Positions 36,076-49,272 of a DNA stretch of 64,000 nucleotides are shown here, piece after piece. The stretch spans positions 7,566,001 to 7,630,000 of the forward strand of contig NC_087438.1 of assembly GCF_036321535.1 (NCBI RefSeq), written 5' to 3'. Under the pieces are notes generated by a model. It made no database searches. It saw only the letters and a list, made by a program, of their open reading frames with translations, and was not told the origin of the DNA. How positions within the stretch are numbered: position 1 is the stretch's first letter; every line of letters starts with the position of its first letter. The position numbers and the translations under genes are program-made. This DNA comes from Camelus dromedarius. Taxonomy: Eukaryota.

Positions 36076-37789
36076 CTGCTGGCATTAGTGTGTGTAAAAG
36101 TGTTAGTGCAATGGCCAGCATTCAGTAGGTGTGCCATGAGTGTTAGTGTCCTGTCTTTCCTGATAGAGTTCACCCTCTAGAAAGGGCAGTGAAGCCCTGC
36201 ATCTGCCCATCCACACTCTCAACTAGCTCTTCATCCCCTGGTATTGTTTTCTTGCAGCAAAACTTCTGCCTTGGTGAACTAGAAAAAGACATGTGGTTGC
36301 TACTAATGGGAGGCTAGCTTGAGGAAGCCACAGCAGACGTCCGTGCGTATTAGAGTCTAGGAAAGTGTTCCCAATCCTTTAAGAAAATCATTACTTGGCT
36401 CAGTGCAAGCTAATTGCATTTGTTCAGTCATTGTGAAAATGGATGCAGATGGGATGCAGAAGCTAAGAAATACCCCACTGGTAAATCACAAATAAAGCCC
36501 CTTGCTCAGGGGACACTGTTGCCCGAGATGAGGTTTTCACCAAGAAGTGGGAAATTGCTCAGTAAATTTCTCTTTCCTGCTTAAGTGACTCTTTTAATTA
36601 ATTTTTACTGACCTACTCCTCCTTTCACACAAAAGGTGTGAACAGATAAAGCATTGGGCTTGTTGACAGTACCTTCCAAGGTCAAAGAGAAAAAGTGAGA
36701 GTGACAAATTTGTTCTGGCTTCGGTCTGGGACAAAGCTTTGTTGGGATCTGCAGCTTTGCTGATGAGTGTGGTGGAGACAATCCTGTCCTGTTATCTCCT
36801 TATTTCTATGTTGGTGTGATAAGAGCTTACTTTTTGAGTAAAATGCCATGTTGGGGTTAATGACCCCCAAAAATGAGAATCAAATTTTAATGGGAAAAAG
36901 TGTACAGCATTATGATAAAAACATGTGCGAGCTCTCTATTTAAGCGGGACAGGTTAAAACCCCAGCATAGATCTTCTATCTCTTAAAGCTGTCCTTTCTG
37001 TTGGTTTGGTAAATGATGCCATCTTGTTCTCTTTTCACTAGTAATTAAACACAAAGTTGTGGTGTCATTTTTGTAATTTGCTTCCATGTGGTAGAAATTC
37101 TGATTGGTTTCAGAATTTGGGGACAGACATTAATCCTGATTATTAGAGGAGCAAATGTTCTAGAAAACTTGTTCACTAACTTTATCTCCTCTATGGAAAC
37201 TTAACAGTAGCCTGAAGAAAAATGTCCTATTGAAGGTCTAAGATTATTGCCTCAAGTTGCCCAATCTCCAGGACACACAAGCGTATGGAGATTATTTGAG
37301 AAGGATGGGGTTAATAGTAGGCAGCTGGGAAGGAATAATATTGAGAGTCAAACATCTGGGCCAAGAACCCCTGCCCAACCTGCCAGTTGGCTGGTCAACC
37401 AGTTAGTTAGTCAACCACGTAGGTGAAGGGACTTGCTGGAGTTGCCACAGCCAGTCAGTGCAGCACCGTGTTAAGAATCTAGGTCTCCCAAACTGGCCAG
37501 GGCTGTTTCCACCTTTAAGAGGGAACGTTTTACTCACTCCTCTTAGATATCCTGCAGGTCCTGGAATGAAAGAACCTTGGAAGTCTCGTTAAATCTTACA
37601 TTTGTTTGCAGGGCAGGTTTTATGAACTATATTCCATCTCCAGTGATTTGGTTTCCAGTTCCAAATAGAAAGTAAGGCAGACGTCAAGTTTCTCATGTTA
37701 GGACCAGGGGATCATGGGTTCTCATAGCTTCCTTAAGGTGCCAGGGCCTTCCATCAACAAAAAAATGCTCTTTGCTATGATTATGGAGA

Positions 37790-38367
37790 ACGATAAACAC
37801 GGCAGTGCAGATACTGCAAGCATCCTGTTTTCATTTCTTTCGGATACATACCCAGCAGCAGGATTTCCGACTCATATGGCAGCTCTATTTTTAATTTTTT
37901 GAGGGTAATATGGATGGTCCTAGAGGACATGGTGTTAATGAAATAAATTAGACCGAGAAAGACAAATACTGTATGATGTCACTTATATGTGGAATCTAAA
38001 AAAGCCAAACTCATAGAAACAGAATGGAATGGTGGTTACCAGGAGCTGGGGAATGGGAGAAATGGAGGGGATGCTGGTCAAAAAGTGCAGACTTCCGCTT
38101 AGAAGATGAGTGAGTTCTGGGGCTCTCATGCACAGCTGTGGTTACAGATAGCAATGCTGTGCCACTGGCAATACCTGAAAGTTACTAAGAGAGTGGGTCT
38201 TAGACATTCTCATCACAGGGGGAAAAAAGAAATGCCATGATGGAGGCATTAGCTCCCACTGTGGGGGTCACCACATTGCAGTATATGAACGTATCAAATC
38301 AACACACTGTATTCCTTAAACTTACACAATGTTGTATGTCAGTTATATCTCAGTAAAGTTGGAAAAA
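37790..38367 (+). mobile_element. 5'-inverted L1 (minus ORF2 piece 37790-37903, plus 3' end 37905-38367)
   Basis: catatggcagctctatttttaattttttgagg (minus) abutting aaagacaaatactgtatgatgtcacttatatgtggaatct (plus). Confidence 0.85.
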
Positions 38368-38426
38368 GACTTCATAACAATTTATTGTAGCATCTGAAAG
38401 CACTGAGGCGAAGGCTCCTATGACTT

Positions 38427-38530
38427 GGGTAACTAACCATTCTAGTTTGCCTAGAATGAAGGAATTTCCCAGGAAACTGGAACTTTCCAGTGCTAAAACT
38501 GGGAAAATTCTAGACATCCTGGAAGGAGAT
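38427..38530. mobile_element. MER94-like hAT-Blackjack MITE
   Basis: gggtaactaaccattctagtttgcc...cagtgctaaaactgggaaa. Confidence 0.7.
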
Positions 38531-41389
38531 GCCGAATGGATCTGTGTCAGGAAGGAACTCTATACATTGCAAAGGTGAAACACACACACACAGACACACA
38601 CAGGATTCACAGGTCTGACCTTGGAATATTTGCCACTTTGTTAGCATCCTGGATCACAAAAAGATAAAAAGCTTTCTTTTCCATGCCAATAGTGGTCATG
38701 CAAACATAGTGAACATTCCTAAAACCCGTTGGACTTCCTGCAGAAATGTGGCCAGCACCGACCACACAGATCAGGATGGGCAAGGATTCTCTGTCTGCCC
38801 AGGAAAGCAGCATCATGATGGGAAGTAGAGTAGCTACCGCGGGCAGACTAAGTTGATTTTCCATAAAAAAGGCTAAAATTACAAAGAAGATGGTGCTGAG
38901 ACTTGAATAAGGTGAGCCCAGCTGCAGATCTAAGAGAATGCTGGCTAGTAAGAAGTGCGAGCATTTTGAACTGGGAAGAGCTAAGAAGAGAAAGGGCCAA
39001 GTGATCCCGTTCTAAGCTGCATCTTTGCTTTTATGCTGAAGACAATAAAAGCTTGTGATTATGGTTTTTTTAAAAGATAAAAAGATTATAAAAAATACTT
39101 CGGCTAAAATCCAATTCGTTTGCATATATATAAATGTCTGTAATATAATTTGAAAATGATGACGGTTTTTGTCCTGTTGACCCCATGAGACGTGCAGCTT
39201 CCAAGTTTCTGAAGTGAAATGGAAATTTTGTCATTATTTATGCTTTTCAGTGTCTTTAACGATTCAGCAAAGGGCGATGACAGACTCCCCAGATCGCAGC
39301 ACGCCTAAAAATTCTTTCTTCCCAAGCAGCAAAGACCATCTGTTTTTAAACTGTGAAGGAGCCGCTGACACTTTATTAAGCTGTTGCTTTACCTAAATTG
39401 CAGTTATCTAAAGTGACACTTCCCCTCCACTCCTGCTTCCCAAAGTGCAGAAACCAGAACTCCTCCTTATTTGGCAAATTGTGTGTGGCTGTTCCTCCAC
39501 TTGAGGAGTACACAGAGTCAATATTTTTGTTTCATTTTAAAGCATCACAGAGTGTGGCTGCGTTTCTTGGATATTCGCTTTTTCTTCCTCTGTTTTTTGG
39601 GGTTTTTTTTTTTTTCACTTCTCTCCTGCTATAAGAGTGGATACACTGAAAATTCTATTTCTAGCAGAAGGAAGAAACCCATGTTTGGAGGAAGACTCAT
39701 TTACTGGTTATTTTAAATCTTTTGTTGATCACACCTGATCATCTGTGGACTTACTGGTTGTTGCAAATCTCAGAATGATACAGACCAAGAGAATCTAGAT
39801 TTGATTACTTGCCTCTTCAGTGAAGAAAACTCCTTCCTGAAATTGCAGCTCCTTTCTCTTTTTTCTGGCTTTCTGGTTTCCCTGCAGATCAGTCTACCTC
39901 GATCTGGGCTGTGACTTTTATCTGCCTCTCGCCTACCCGTGTGGATGAACATTTCACATGCTATGAGAGGTGCTTTAAGCGTCACTGTGTGGCTGAGCCT
40001 CTAGATCTAAAAGGAACATCTGTTAGGAACAATTTTCAAAAGAATCATCAGATTCTGGAGTCAGAGTCTCAGTTTCATGTCTTTGGTACTTGTTCACGTG
40101 TTTTTATTTGACATCTTTTCTCGGTTTACTTTCAGCCACTGCGTTCAGAAGAAAAATGAGAGGTGTCAAATAAAGTGGTGTGGGAGGAGCAGAGAAGATA
40201 AACACTCTGCGTCTCTAAACAGTTGGAGACTTCCCTTCTCGCCCCTGAGCTTCATTATTTCCTTTTCATCTCTCTACTGGTCAAAGCCCACACTCACTGT
40301 GCTGGTGGTGGAGACCTTAACTGTGGTGGCGGTGGGGGATGCCACAGGTAAGACAATGGGCAGGAAGGGCGTGGAGGCAGAGTTCTGGGGCCCTGGGCGT
40401 GTGCAGGGTGAGGCTGGGGGTCTGGGACAGAACCCAGGAAATCTCATGGAGCAGAGGACGCAGATTTCCAAGAGAAGGAGAGTGCTGCTGCACACAGGTA
40501 AACTCCCGAGAGTGCCGGGGGTGCAGGAGTGCGGGTGAGCGAGATGCTGGAATCCAGCAGTACAAGGAGCATCAAGACTGTCCGCTGGAGGGGCCGGGGG
40601 CCAGCAAAGCGAAGAGCCCCCAGACTGCCCCAGCCAAGCCAGTGGACTCCTTGCTGTTTGTTCCTAATCGTCATGAAGCCTGGCTAACTCTTAAGTACAG
40701 TAGGTCAGATTTAGCTAGCAGCCAGGTTTACTTGTCTGCAATAGAATAGTCTACACACGCTTAGCTCCTGGATGTGCAGAGAGATGTGTGCAGAGCTTCC
40801 CAAACGTGTGAACCCCGGGGGATGTACTTGGCAGACTGAGGCTCCAGTGGCAAGAAGATTCTTCACATGTCCAGGTCCCCATAACTCTGTGCCCTTATCC
40901 TGTTCTCCTGGGCTTCTCTCTGGGAAGGAATGGGATTAAGAGATGGGAAGCGCAGGGGAGGAGGAGAGGAGGCAGTCCCCTACATTTCCTCTTTTGAGCC
41001 AAACTACAGACTTTCTGAAATGACTCTCCAGCCAGGCTGTCCACAGGAGAAGCCATAGCAAGAGCTGAGAGGACGCCCTTATGCACAGCAAACCTCTTCC
41101 CTTGGCCTTGGCTGAAACTCCATTCACCTGGACTGCTGTCAACTCAGAGACCGGCTAAATAACTATAATGGCGGGCAATAGGTTGCTATAAAAGGCTTCC
41201 AGGCAAGGTGCAAATGATGGAGTCAGACCCCATCCTGCTTTAATAGGGGAGAGGGAAATAAAGATGCTGCCCGGACAAAAAGGGGGAGAGAAGAAAAGCT
41301 AGAGATTCTAAAGGTCTCTGTTAAACTACAGGGATTTAACTGTTTTCTCTTGATCTGGACTGGTTTGTTCAAGTTCAAGGCAAAAAGTG

Positions 41390-41540
41390 ATCTGGAAGTT
41401 CAGCTAGTTCAATACAGTCACTTCACAAGGGAGGAGCACTTGTCCCTAGAGGTTAATGCCTTGTCATGGGTCATCGAGCAGGTCGATAGGAGAAGTGGGT
41501 CTAGGACTAGGTCTCTGGATTTGCAATCCTGATTTTTTTC
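41390..41540 (-). mobile_element. MIR SINE
   Basis: agaggttaatgccttgtcatgggtca...ggactaggtctctgg. Confidence 0.55.
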
Positions 41541-42383
41541 ATTGAAACAGGTTATTTACAATGTCCACGAGGGCACAATGAAAACCGTGGGGTATATTCC
41601 CTGCCAAAGCTCTGCGTAGAAGTAACTTAGCAGGGATGAGAGGGTGGAGGGTAATGAGCTGGGAACCTTAAACAGGGACTGGAGAGCAGCCTGGTCCTGT
41701 CTCCTATTTCTACCTCCTCCTGCACATCCTCCCCCAGGATCCTGTGTCTGCAGCTCCCCTGGGGCCTCAATGTGACCTTATCTGCAAACTTCCAAGTTTA
41801 GTTCCAGTCTAAATTTGATTATTTGGGAGATACTTATTCTATTTGAATTTTTTTTTTTAATTCTGATTTGCTGTGAACAATTGTATTCTGCTTTGTCTTC
41901 GCCACTCCTTTTTTTTCTGAGGTTCTTCTGTTAGGACCCATTTTTCAAATTCAGATGGAATCTGAGGGGTAGACTTTGACCACTGACCTTCTCAAACTCA
42001 AATGCAGGAAGGGGCCAGGGCTCATTTTGCAGTTTGCAGAATTTCACTGACTCTCTCAGATTTTAGCCTGGCTCTTGCTCAAGTCTGAGCTGGGATTTGC
42101 CAAGTCTGGAGCCCACCTATTTTCAATGTACGCACAGAGTTCTCTGCTAGGGAAAGAGCGAGGAACTGGTTCCAACCTTTCCTGACGCAGTCTTTCAGCC
42201 AGTTCTGTGTGGAGTTCTACACGCACCCCTGCTCTCAGAGGTACCAGGTCTTTGCAGTGGGAATCAGTCTGCTTTCGGGTTTTGTCACTGTTAGCTTAGC
42301 TTTCTCTGGGTTAAACATTAATTACTAGTATTTTATCACTGCACCCCCTCTCCCATTCCATCCGTCCTTTTGGGTTTCTGCCT

Positions 42384-42513
42384 CCTTTCCTTTCCTTTCC
42401 TTTCCTTTCCTTTCCTTTCCTTTCCTTTCCTTTCCTTTCCTTTCCTTTCCTTTCCTTTCCTTTCCTTTCCTTTCCTTTCCTTTCCTTTCCTTTCCTTTCC
42501 TTTCCTTTCCTTT
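42384..42513. repeat. (CCTTT)26 perfect pentanucleotide repeat
   Basis: 130 bp uninterrupted, read directly. Confidence 0.98.
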
Positions 42514-42614
42514 TCTTCTTACCACTATCACTTATGGGAAATTTTCAGGAAAGAGGATGACAGATGTTTATATTCAAGGTGCCACGTCTAACTAGAAACT
42601 CCCTTGAAAAAAAT

Positions 42615-43390
42615 GCCTCACTGCCTCTCTCTGTGCTACATTTTGGATAATTTGTTTAGATCTAGTGCTTTCAGCTGGCTAATTCTCACATCAGTTTTGT
42701 CTAATCTGCTATTTAACCTAATCACTGGGTTTTTAATCTTAATGGACCTACTTTTCTCCTCCACACGTCCAATTTATCTGCTAGAAGGCCCTCCATCTCC
42801 CCCTCCCCCGTGCCGTCTCGCTCTTTCATTAGGATCATTTTCCTTGATCCTTCTGTTACTCTTTTTAGCAGGTGTCCTTTACAGTCTCTTCATGACTCTG
42901 CTAAGCTCTCAAGCCTCTGAGTGTGCTACTTCTGTCTTCTTTCTTTCCTTCTGTGGTTGTGATCGTTGAATCCCAGTATGGTAAACCGTTTCCTCTTCTG
43001 TTTTTAATTTTTGATAACGAGCTCATGTTTAGTGATTTCTTTCATTCTGCGGGAGGCCCTTGCGCCCCGAGTTAGAGAAGGGTCCCTAAAGAGGGTTTTT
43101 GCACCTGCTTCCACCAGGAACCACAGGGGTTCACTTGTTTGGGATATTTTGTTGTTATTTGTTGAGATCCCTGTATTCTTTGCATCGTGTAAGTTCAGAG
43201 TCCACATCTATGCTTTGTACAAAATTACTGTTTTGATTTCTCACTGGAGACTTTAATATTGTTTTTCACCCAGATCCCCAGGCAGAGATCAGTCTCATTG
43301 CCCCTTTCTCGGGCCAGTAGGAAGATAGTTTTTTTTTTTTTGCTGTTTCTGCTGGTTATTCAGCCCTGGATTCTCCGCTTTGACCACCTT
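42615..43390 (-). mobile_element. Very old L1/HAL1-type 5'/ORF1-region remnant
   Basis: ctctgtgctacattttggataatt...tgtctaatctgctatttaacc motif. Confidence 0.5.
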
Positions 43391-43394
43391 CTTT

Positions 43395-43740
43395 CTACAC
43401 ACTAGTTTCTGATGCCAGGGCTGGGATTCGGCAAACCACCGTTCTCTTTTGCCATCTGGCTTTCTCTCAGCTTTTGCCAATAGGGGGCTCAGATTGAGAA
43501 TGGGAGGCAGAAGGAGAGTGAAGAGACTTCCTGTTTGCTTACTATTCCTGAAGCATCGCTTTGGCAACAGTTCATCATCCTAATGATGGCAGTGCCTCTT
43601 AATTTCTAGCTTCTTACACCACCTGGGTCAGCCTCACCCCCAGAAACACCAGTACCAGCTGGGCTGCACTCCTTCCTTAGAGCTCTGGGTCTTAGGTCTG
43701 CAAGTTCCCTCCTCCAAAGTTCTAGGTTCTGATAGCCCCA
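43395..43740 (+). mobile_element. ERVL LTR33-like fragment
   Basis: tgccatctggctttc...gccaataggggg...gaggcagaaggagagtga. Confidence 0.5.
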
Positions 43741-43777
43741 CTCCTGAGCAAGAACATATGGCCCAGACCGACAACCA

Positions 43778-44310
43778 TGCGTTAAACGGCTTCTAAGGTG
43801 GCTCCCAAGCGTCCCTGTCTCCTGGTATTCATGCCCTTGTAGAATTCCCACCCCTTGAGCATGAGCTGGCCCTAATAAACAAATAGAATGTAGCAAAAAT
43901 GGTGGGATGCTATCTGAGATTGGTTACAGTAAGACTCTGGCTTCCGTCTTTCCTACCGTCTCTCACTGTCTCACTTGCTTCTTGTGATGGAAGCTTGTTG
44001 CCATATCACGAGCTGCCCTAGAGGGTGACCCAGTGGGGCAGATCTGAGGGAGGCCAACAGTGAACTGAAGCCTTCAGGCCAGTGGCTCCTGAGGAACGGA
44101 ATCCTGCCAACAGCCACACGAGTGAGCTTGGAAGCAAACCCACCCCCCAGATGTTACCCTGATTTCAGCCTGAGGAGGGACCCTGAGTCAGAGGGCTCGG
44201 CAAAGCCACATCCAGTTGCCTGACCTACAGAAGCTGTGAGATAACGAATGGTTGTTGTTTTAAGCTGAGAGGCTTTGGAGTGATTTGCTACACAGCCATA
44301 GATAATTCAT
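43778..44310 (+). mobile_element. MLT1E/F-like LTR
   Basis: ctcctggtattcatgcccttgt...gaatcctgccaacagccacacgagtgagcttggaag...cagccatagataat. Confidence 0.85.
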
Positions 44311-45609
44311 CCGGCTCCACTTCTGATAATAACAGTGACTTTTTGATGGCGGCAGAAGGCTTCCAAAGGTGCTGGGTTTGTGTAGGCCTAGCAGATCTAG
44401 TTACCTCCAGCTCCCCAGGGTCTAAACCGCAACACCTCTCCCCATGTTGGGCATTAAAGCCCTGGCCCCCGGCTGGTAGGGCCCTTGTCCAAACGTGCAT
44501 CTTACGGCATCATCTCTCTGCGTGAGCTCCCTGTTAGTTTCTGCCAGCACCAGAGAATTTCCCCTACATTTGAACTTGACTATGTACCTTTTAAACAGTT
44601 TGTAATATTTGCCCAGGATTTCTCTGTATTTGAGGAAGAAATGGACATCCCCAGTTCTCTCCACTGCCAGAAATCCAAAGTCAAGTGGAAGACTCTGGAT
44701 ACCCACACATAAAATCAGAAAGTCTCTGTATTTTAATTCTCTGCATTTAAACAGATTGAGCTTTACCAGTTGCTAAAACACAAACTCTAGTTCATAATAT
44801 GAATGGTCTCCCAGGATGAATGTCATTAGGGCAATCTGGTAGCTTAATTGCTTCCTCCCTGATGACTTATGGCTTGGAACAGCTAGGAAAGTAGGGTATC
44901 AAAACAAATACTTGAAGGCCAAGGATAAAATATGTTAATAATTAGTAACAGCTAGAAGCAAAGTTAATTCTCAGTGGGCCCGTAATGCCAGCTATTTAAT
45001 GCAAATTAACAAATGGCATTTTAATGTAAAGGACTTGAAAGCTAATATTCTAATTTTCTAAGTAAGATCAATAATTCAACAAACAATAATGTTTTGAAGG
45101 AAGGAATTTAGAATGAGAGCGATAACTTTATTTCAGAGATAAGTGAAATGCTATATGAAGTTTATATTTGTGGATCCCAAATTAGACCAAATTAGAGTTC
45201 TATGCCACGTGCATTGGAAGGAAAAGCTCATAAAAGTGAAAAGTGCAAGCAATAGCTGATCAGAAAGTGATAAAATTGGTCTTATAACACTAGATAATGA
45301 AGCCATCTTTTATTTCTTTGAAGGCTTATGAAGGATAATTCTGAATGAAAATGGTGCTGCTTTGAATTCTTCCATCTTGTGTTTCAGATGAAAGTTTAAT
45401 AAATGAATAGTGAAACAGCATTCTGATTTCTGGTACCCAGTTGCTCTGGATGAATCATTTTGCCTTGAAGTATAAAAACACATCCCTGTATTCAGACTGC
45501 AGCCTCACTGTGGCCAGGAGTGACATGATTTTTGTGGCTAGTTTGTATAAGATGCTGAAAAAAATACCACTCAAGGCTGAGAACCTCCATGGGTGTAGTC
45601 CCTTGCAGT

Positions 45610-45770
45610 CAACAAACATATTCCTACATTTCCTCTCATGACCCTTAAAACAAGCTTGTATGATAGCTATTCTTAGCCTCGTTTGACAGATGAGGGAATT
45701 AATAAATGATGATTTGCCTGGGGTTGTACAACTTGCAAATGCAGAATTTGTCCCTGGACCTCCAGGTCAT
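45610..45770 (-). mobile_element. MIR SINE
   Basis: tttgacagatgagggaa...gatttgcctggggttgtacaact. Confidence 0.6.
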
Positions 45771-46089
45771 CATCATGTTCAGAGTGATTTCCGTTGTGCC
45801 CCCTCCCCACGCAGCTCCTTCAAATGTGTCTGCATTTTTACCTCTGTAATGGCTGGCAAAGCCAAACAAGCAGCCTCTGTTATCATTCTGCAGTGTTTTA
45901 AAGCACATTGGCCCCTCCAGCTGTCCTGTCCTAACGTTTGTTTGCAGGGTTTTATTTTGAATTTGTTCTTTATCAGACAGAGTTCTAATGCAACTTTAAC
46001 GATAGTGGACCGTAAACACCTTCTGTGGTAAGTTCTATACTCTTCTGAGCTGGGTGTTATTTTTTTCACCTCAATTGAAAAAAAGAAAA

Positions 46090-46705
46090 ACTTTTCTTGC
46101 CGTATATCATAGTACAGTAAAATTCCACCCAATGAATGTTCAAGAATGGAACACAGCCATGTATTCAGGTTTTGAGCAAGAAACAAAAAGCTTCCAACCC
46201 CCCAGAAACCCCTCATGTTCCCGCTCACTCCCTCAGAGGTAATCACTCCCTCAAAAGTTAATCACTGGGCTGACTTCTAATGGCATAAATGGGCTTTGCC
46301 TATTTTTATGCTTCTTCTGTATGAAATCTCTTGTGTTTCTAGCTCCTCTTCCGCAGGAGTGTGTTTGGGAGCCTCATCCATGTTGTAGAATGCAGTTGTA
46401 GGATGTTCATTCTCAATGCTGCATAATATTCCACCACGTGGATTTTTATTATCTTCCTACAATATTATTGTATATAAAATATTATAATAGAGTAGGCAAC
46501 TAATAGAATAGACAAATATTCTAGAATAGCTGTATTTATCCATTCTACAGTTGTTGGGCATCTGGGCGGTTTCCAGTTTGGGGCTATTACTAATAGTCTT
46601 CATCTAAACATTCTACAACATTTTTTTGATGAACATAGGTACAAAGTTTTTGGGGGAGATATGACCCAATATTTGAATCACATTTGATATTCTTCCACCA
46701 GCAGA
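46090..46705 (-). mobile_element. Old L1 (L1MC/ME) 3' fragment
   Basis: ttatccattctacagttgttgggcatctgggcggtttccagtttggggctatta. Confidence 0.75.
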
Positions 46706-47649
46706 AATAAAAATATATACTGAATATAATTTCCCATCTATATGTTTCATGTTGATAATCTAAATCGTAATTTATGGAAAGTCAAGATCTCTGGTAGCAA
46801 ATATGTGTCATTCACTTAGACTTCACCAATTTAAAATTTGTAATCATTTAGACTGGAACTCAACTGATAATTCTCTTGTTTAGCAAACATTGTCTTCAAA
46901 GTTTATGTTGATATCTTCAATACGGAAGGATAACTTTCAAATTCAAGACGCAATCATCAAACACTCTAGAAACCACATTTTTGCTCATAACTCATAGGGT
47001 AATTGCAAATGGGTCTCAGGAAGAAATAAAAGCAAGGTATCCCAGGAAATATTTTTTGCAATAATAAACTTTTTCAGTAGGCCTGAATTGGTGATACTTT
47101 AATAGACAATTTCTTGTATAAATAATTCTACATTCTATCATTCCAAATGATCTGACCTATATGTGGCTCTGCCCTAGGTGAATAAATCTAGCTTGCATAC
47201 AATCACAGAACACTTCTCTGCATGTAGAACTTTTCCCCAGTTACTCAAGAAGGGCACAAGTAATAAGGTAGTTCTCATCATGTTGAAATATTCATTGAGC
47301 AATTTGTGCCTGGAAGCCCTGGTGTAAACTGTAAAGTGCTCTATCAGGAGTAGTTACTAGTGATTGTTACAGACAGGTTCTCTCCCCTCGGCATCATTCT
47401 TTCCTAAATGCTTCTTCTGCAGAGTTACAAAGATGGAGTTGGGTCATTTCTAACTAATCTCCCTAAACTTCCCTTCTTTTTGTCTTTCTTTATTATCCAG
47501 CCCCTTGACTTAATTCTTTTTTGATTAAGCCAGACTCCCAATACTCCTACCACCTCCTAAGGATAAAGCTTTTCTCCATCTGCTACACATGAGTTGGGAG
47601 ACGTGCTTATTGGGGAAAGTATCTGGTGTCCTGGGAGTATAGGAGAGGA

Positions 47650-47830
47650 GCATTAAAGCTGCTCTGGGGGAAAGTGGAGAGAACCGGGGGGAGGAAGGGC
47701 ATCGGGGAAGGTATTTCCAGATGGCATGATCTTTAGACCAAGAACCTGAAGGGTGGGTACGTGTGGGGTTGTGTGTTTGGAGCAGAAAGAGCTGTGCTTA
47801 TGACACCTCAGATGAGCCAGGCAGTGACGC
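47650..47830 (-). mobile_element. L2 fragment
   Basis: ggaagggcatcggggaaggtatttccagatggcatgatcttt...aagaacctgaagg. Confidence 0.5.
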
Positions 47831-48064
47831 TTCTCATTGGCTGCGTGTCGGAATGCCCTGGTATAGCAGATATCTGCAACGACAGTGATGCTGTGTAACA
47901 AGTAACCACACAACCCCAGTGGTGCACAGCAATCAGTGATGGCTGCCTGTGCCCCTGAGGTGGTTGGAAACAACTCTGCCAGATGTAATTTAGGAAAATT
48001 ATTCACAGTCTTACAAACCCATGTCCACAGCCAAGGACTATGTGCCCTGCAGGAAGCACAGCAG

Positions 48065-48280
48065 GGGAGAGGGCTGGCTCTGGATTCACACACTTGAGTG
48101 CAAAGCCTGACTCCCACATCCGGGATGCATGGTCCTGGGCAGGCTATTTACGTACCTTATCTGTGAAATGGGAATAGAAATAACAGCCACCTTGGAGAAT
48201 TGTTCTGAAGGTTAACTCGAGATAATACATGAGAAAGCTGGGCACACAGCCTGGGCCACCGTTAGCACTCAGTAAGTGGT
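48065..48280 (+). mobile_element. MIR SINE
   Basis: cttatctgtgaaatgggaatag...gagataatacatg...gcactcagtaagtgg. Confidence 0.8.
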
Positions 48281-48975
48281 GGTCTGAGGCTATGCCAAGT
48301 TGGAGAGTGAAACTATTCATTGCTCTTTATTAAGCTTTTCTCTGTAAGTTCTTTAGAGAATTGGTCATTGAGAACAGTATCAATAACATCATAGAGAGCA
48401 TTAAAATTCACAAACTGCCTTCACATACCTTCTTTGATCAACATAATAATCTGGGTGGTAAATAAGGATGAGAAAATTGAGGTTCGGAAATGTTAAAAGT
48501 TTCATGCAAAGTTATTCAGCTAATATAGCTCACAGATGGAATCCATCTCCTGGCTGGGTTGTAATCATACGCCAGATGTTCAAATAGTTAAGTTTAGAGA
48601 GTGAAACTCCAGAAATGCACACGCTAACTTTCCCTTCAAAATCCCCCACAAAAAAGTGTGGGGTGCAGGATGAGACAAGCTGGGTTCACATCCCGACTGC
48701 CCCGAAGAACGTCGGAGGCTCGGAGGAGGTAATGTAGGGGGAATGACTTTCTGTATTGCAATGTACCACGCCATTCGTTGTAAAAACGTAGTCCAACTGT
48801 GTTTGTTCTAGTCTTAGCTGACCGACATGATATGGCTTACATCACAACTTTTAACTTCTTAAAGGTTTGCAAAAAAATTTGAAGTTTCATATATAAAGAA
48901 AGGTAGACTTAAGAAAAAAACCTATTATTTTATTATATTTTATCTATTACTTTGACTTCTTAAATATGATTAGTC

Positions 48976-49272
48976 TTTTTTTATTGCTGTATATTTGATT
49001 TACAATGTTGTGTTAGTTTCTCGAGAACAGCAAAGTGATTCAGTTATACATGTATATATTCTCCTTCATACTGTTTTTCATGATGGTTTATTATAATATA
49101 CGGAATTTAGTTCCCTGTGCTGTACAGTAGGACCCTGTTGTCTGTCTATTCTGTATGTGGTACTCTGTATCTGCTGACCTCAAACTCCCGATTTATCCCT
49201 ACCCCCACCTCCCACTTCCCCTTTGGAAACCGCAAGGTTGTTTTCTACATCTGTGAGTTTCTTCCTGTTTTG
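48976..49272 (-). mobile_element. L1 3' end (cetartiodactyl type)
   Basis: gatttacaatgttgtgttagttt...cagcaaagtgattcagttatac...agttccctgtgctgtacagtaggacc. Confidence 0.9.

Noticed and set aside
42325..42591. KGKER / FPFLS repeat ORFs
   Set aside because: Translation artefacts of the (CCTTT)n repeat.
648..44192. Scattered AP-1 TGA(C/G)TCA sites
   Set aside because: About nine seen in 64 kb, close to the random expectation for a 7-mer on two strands.
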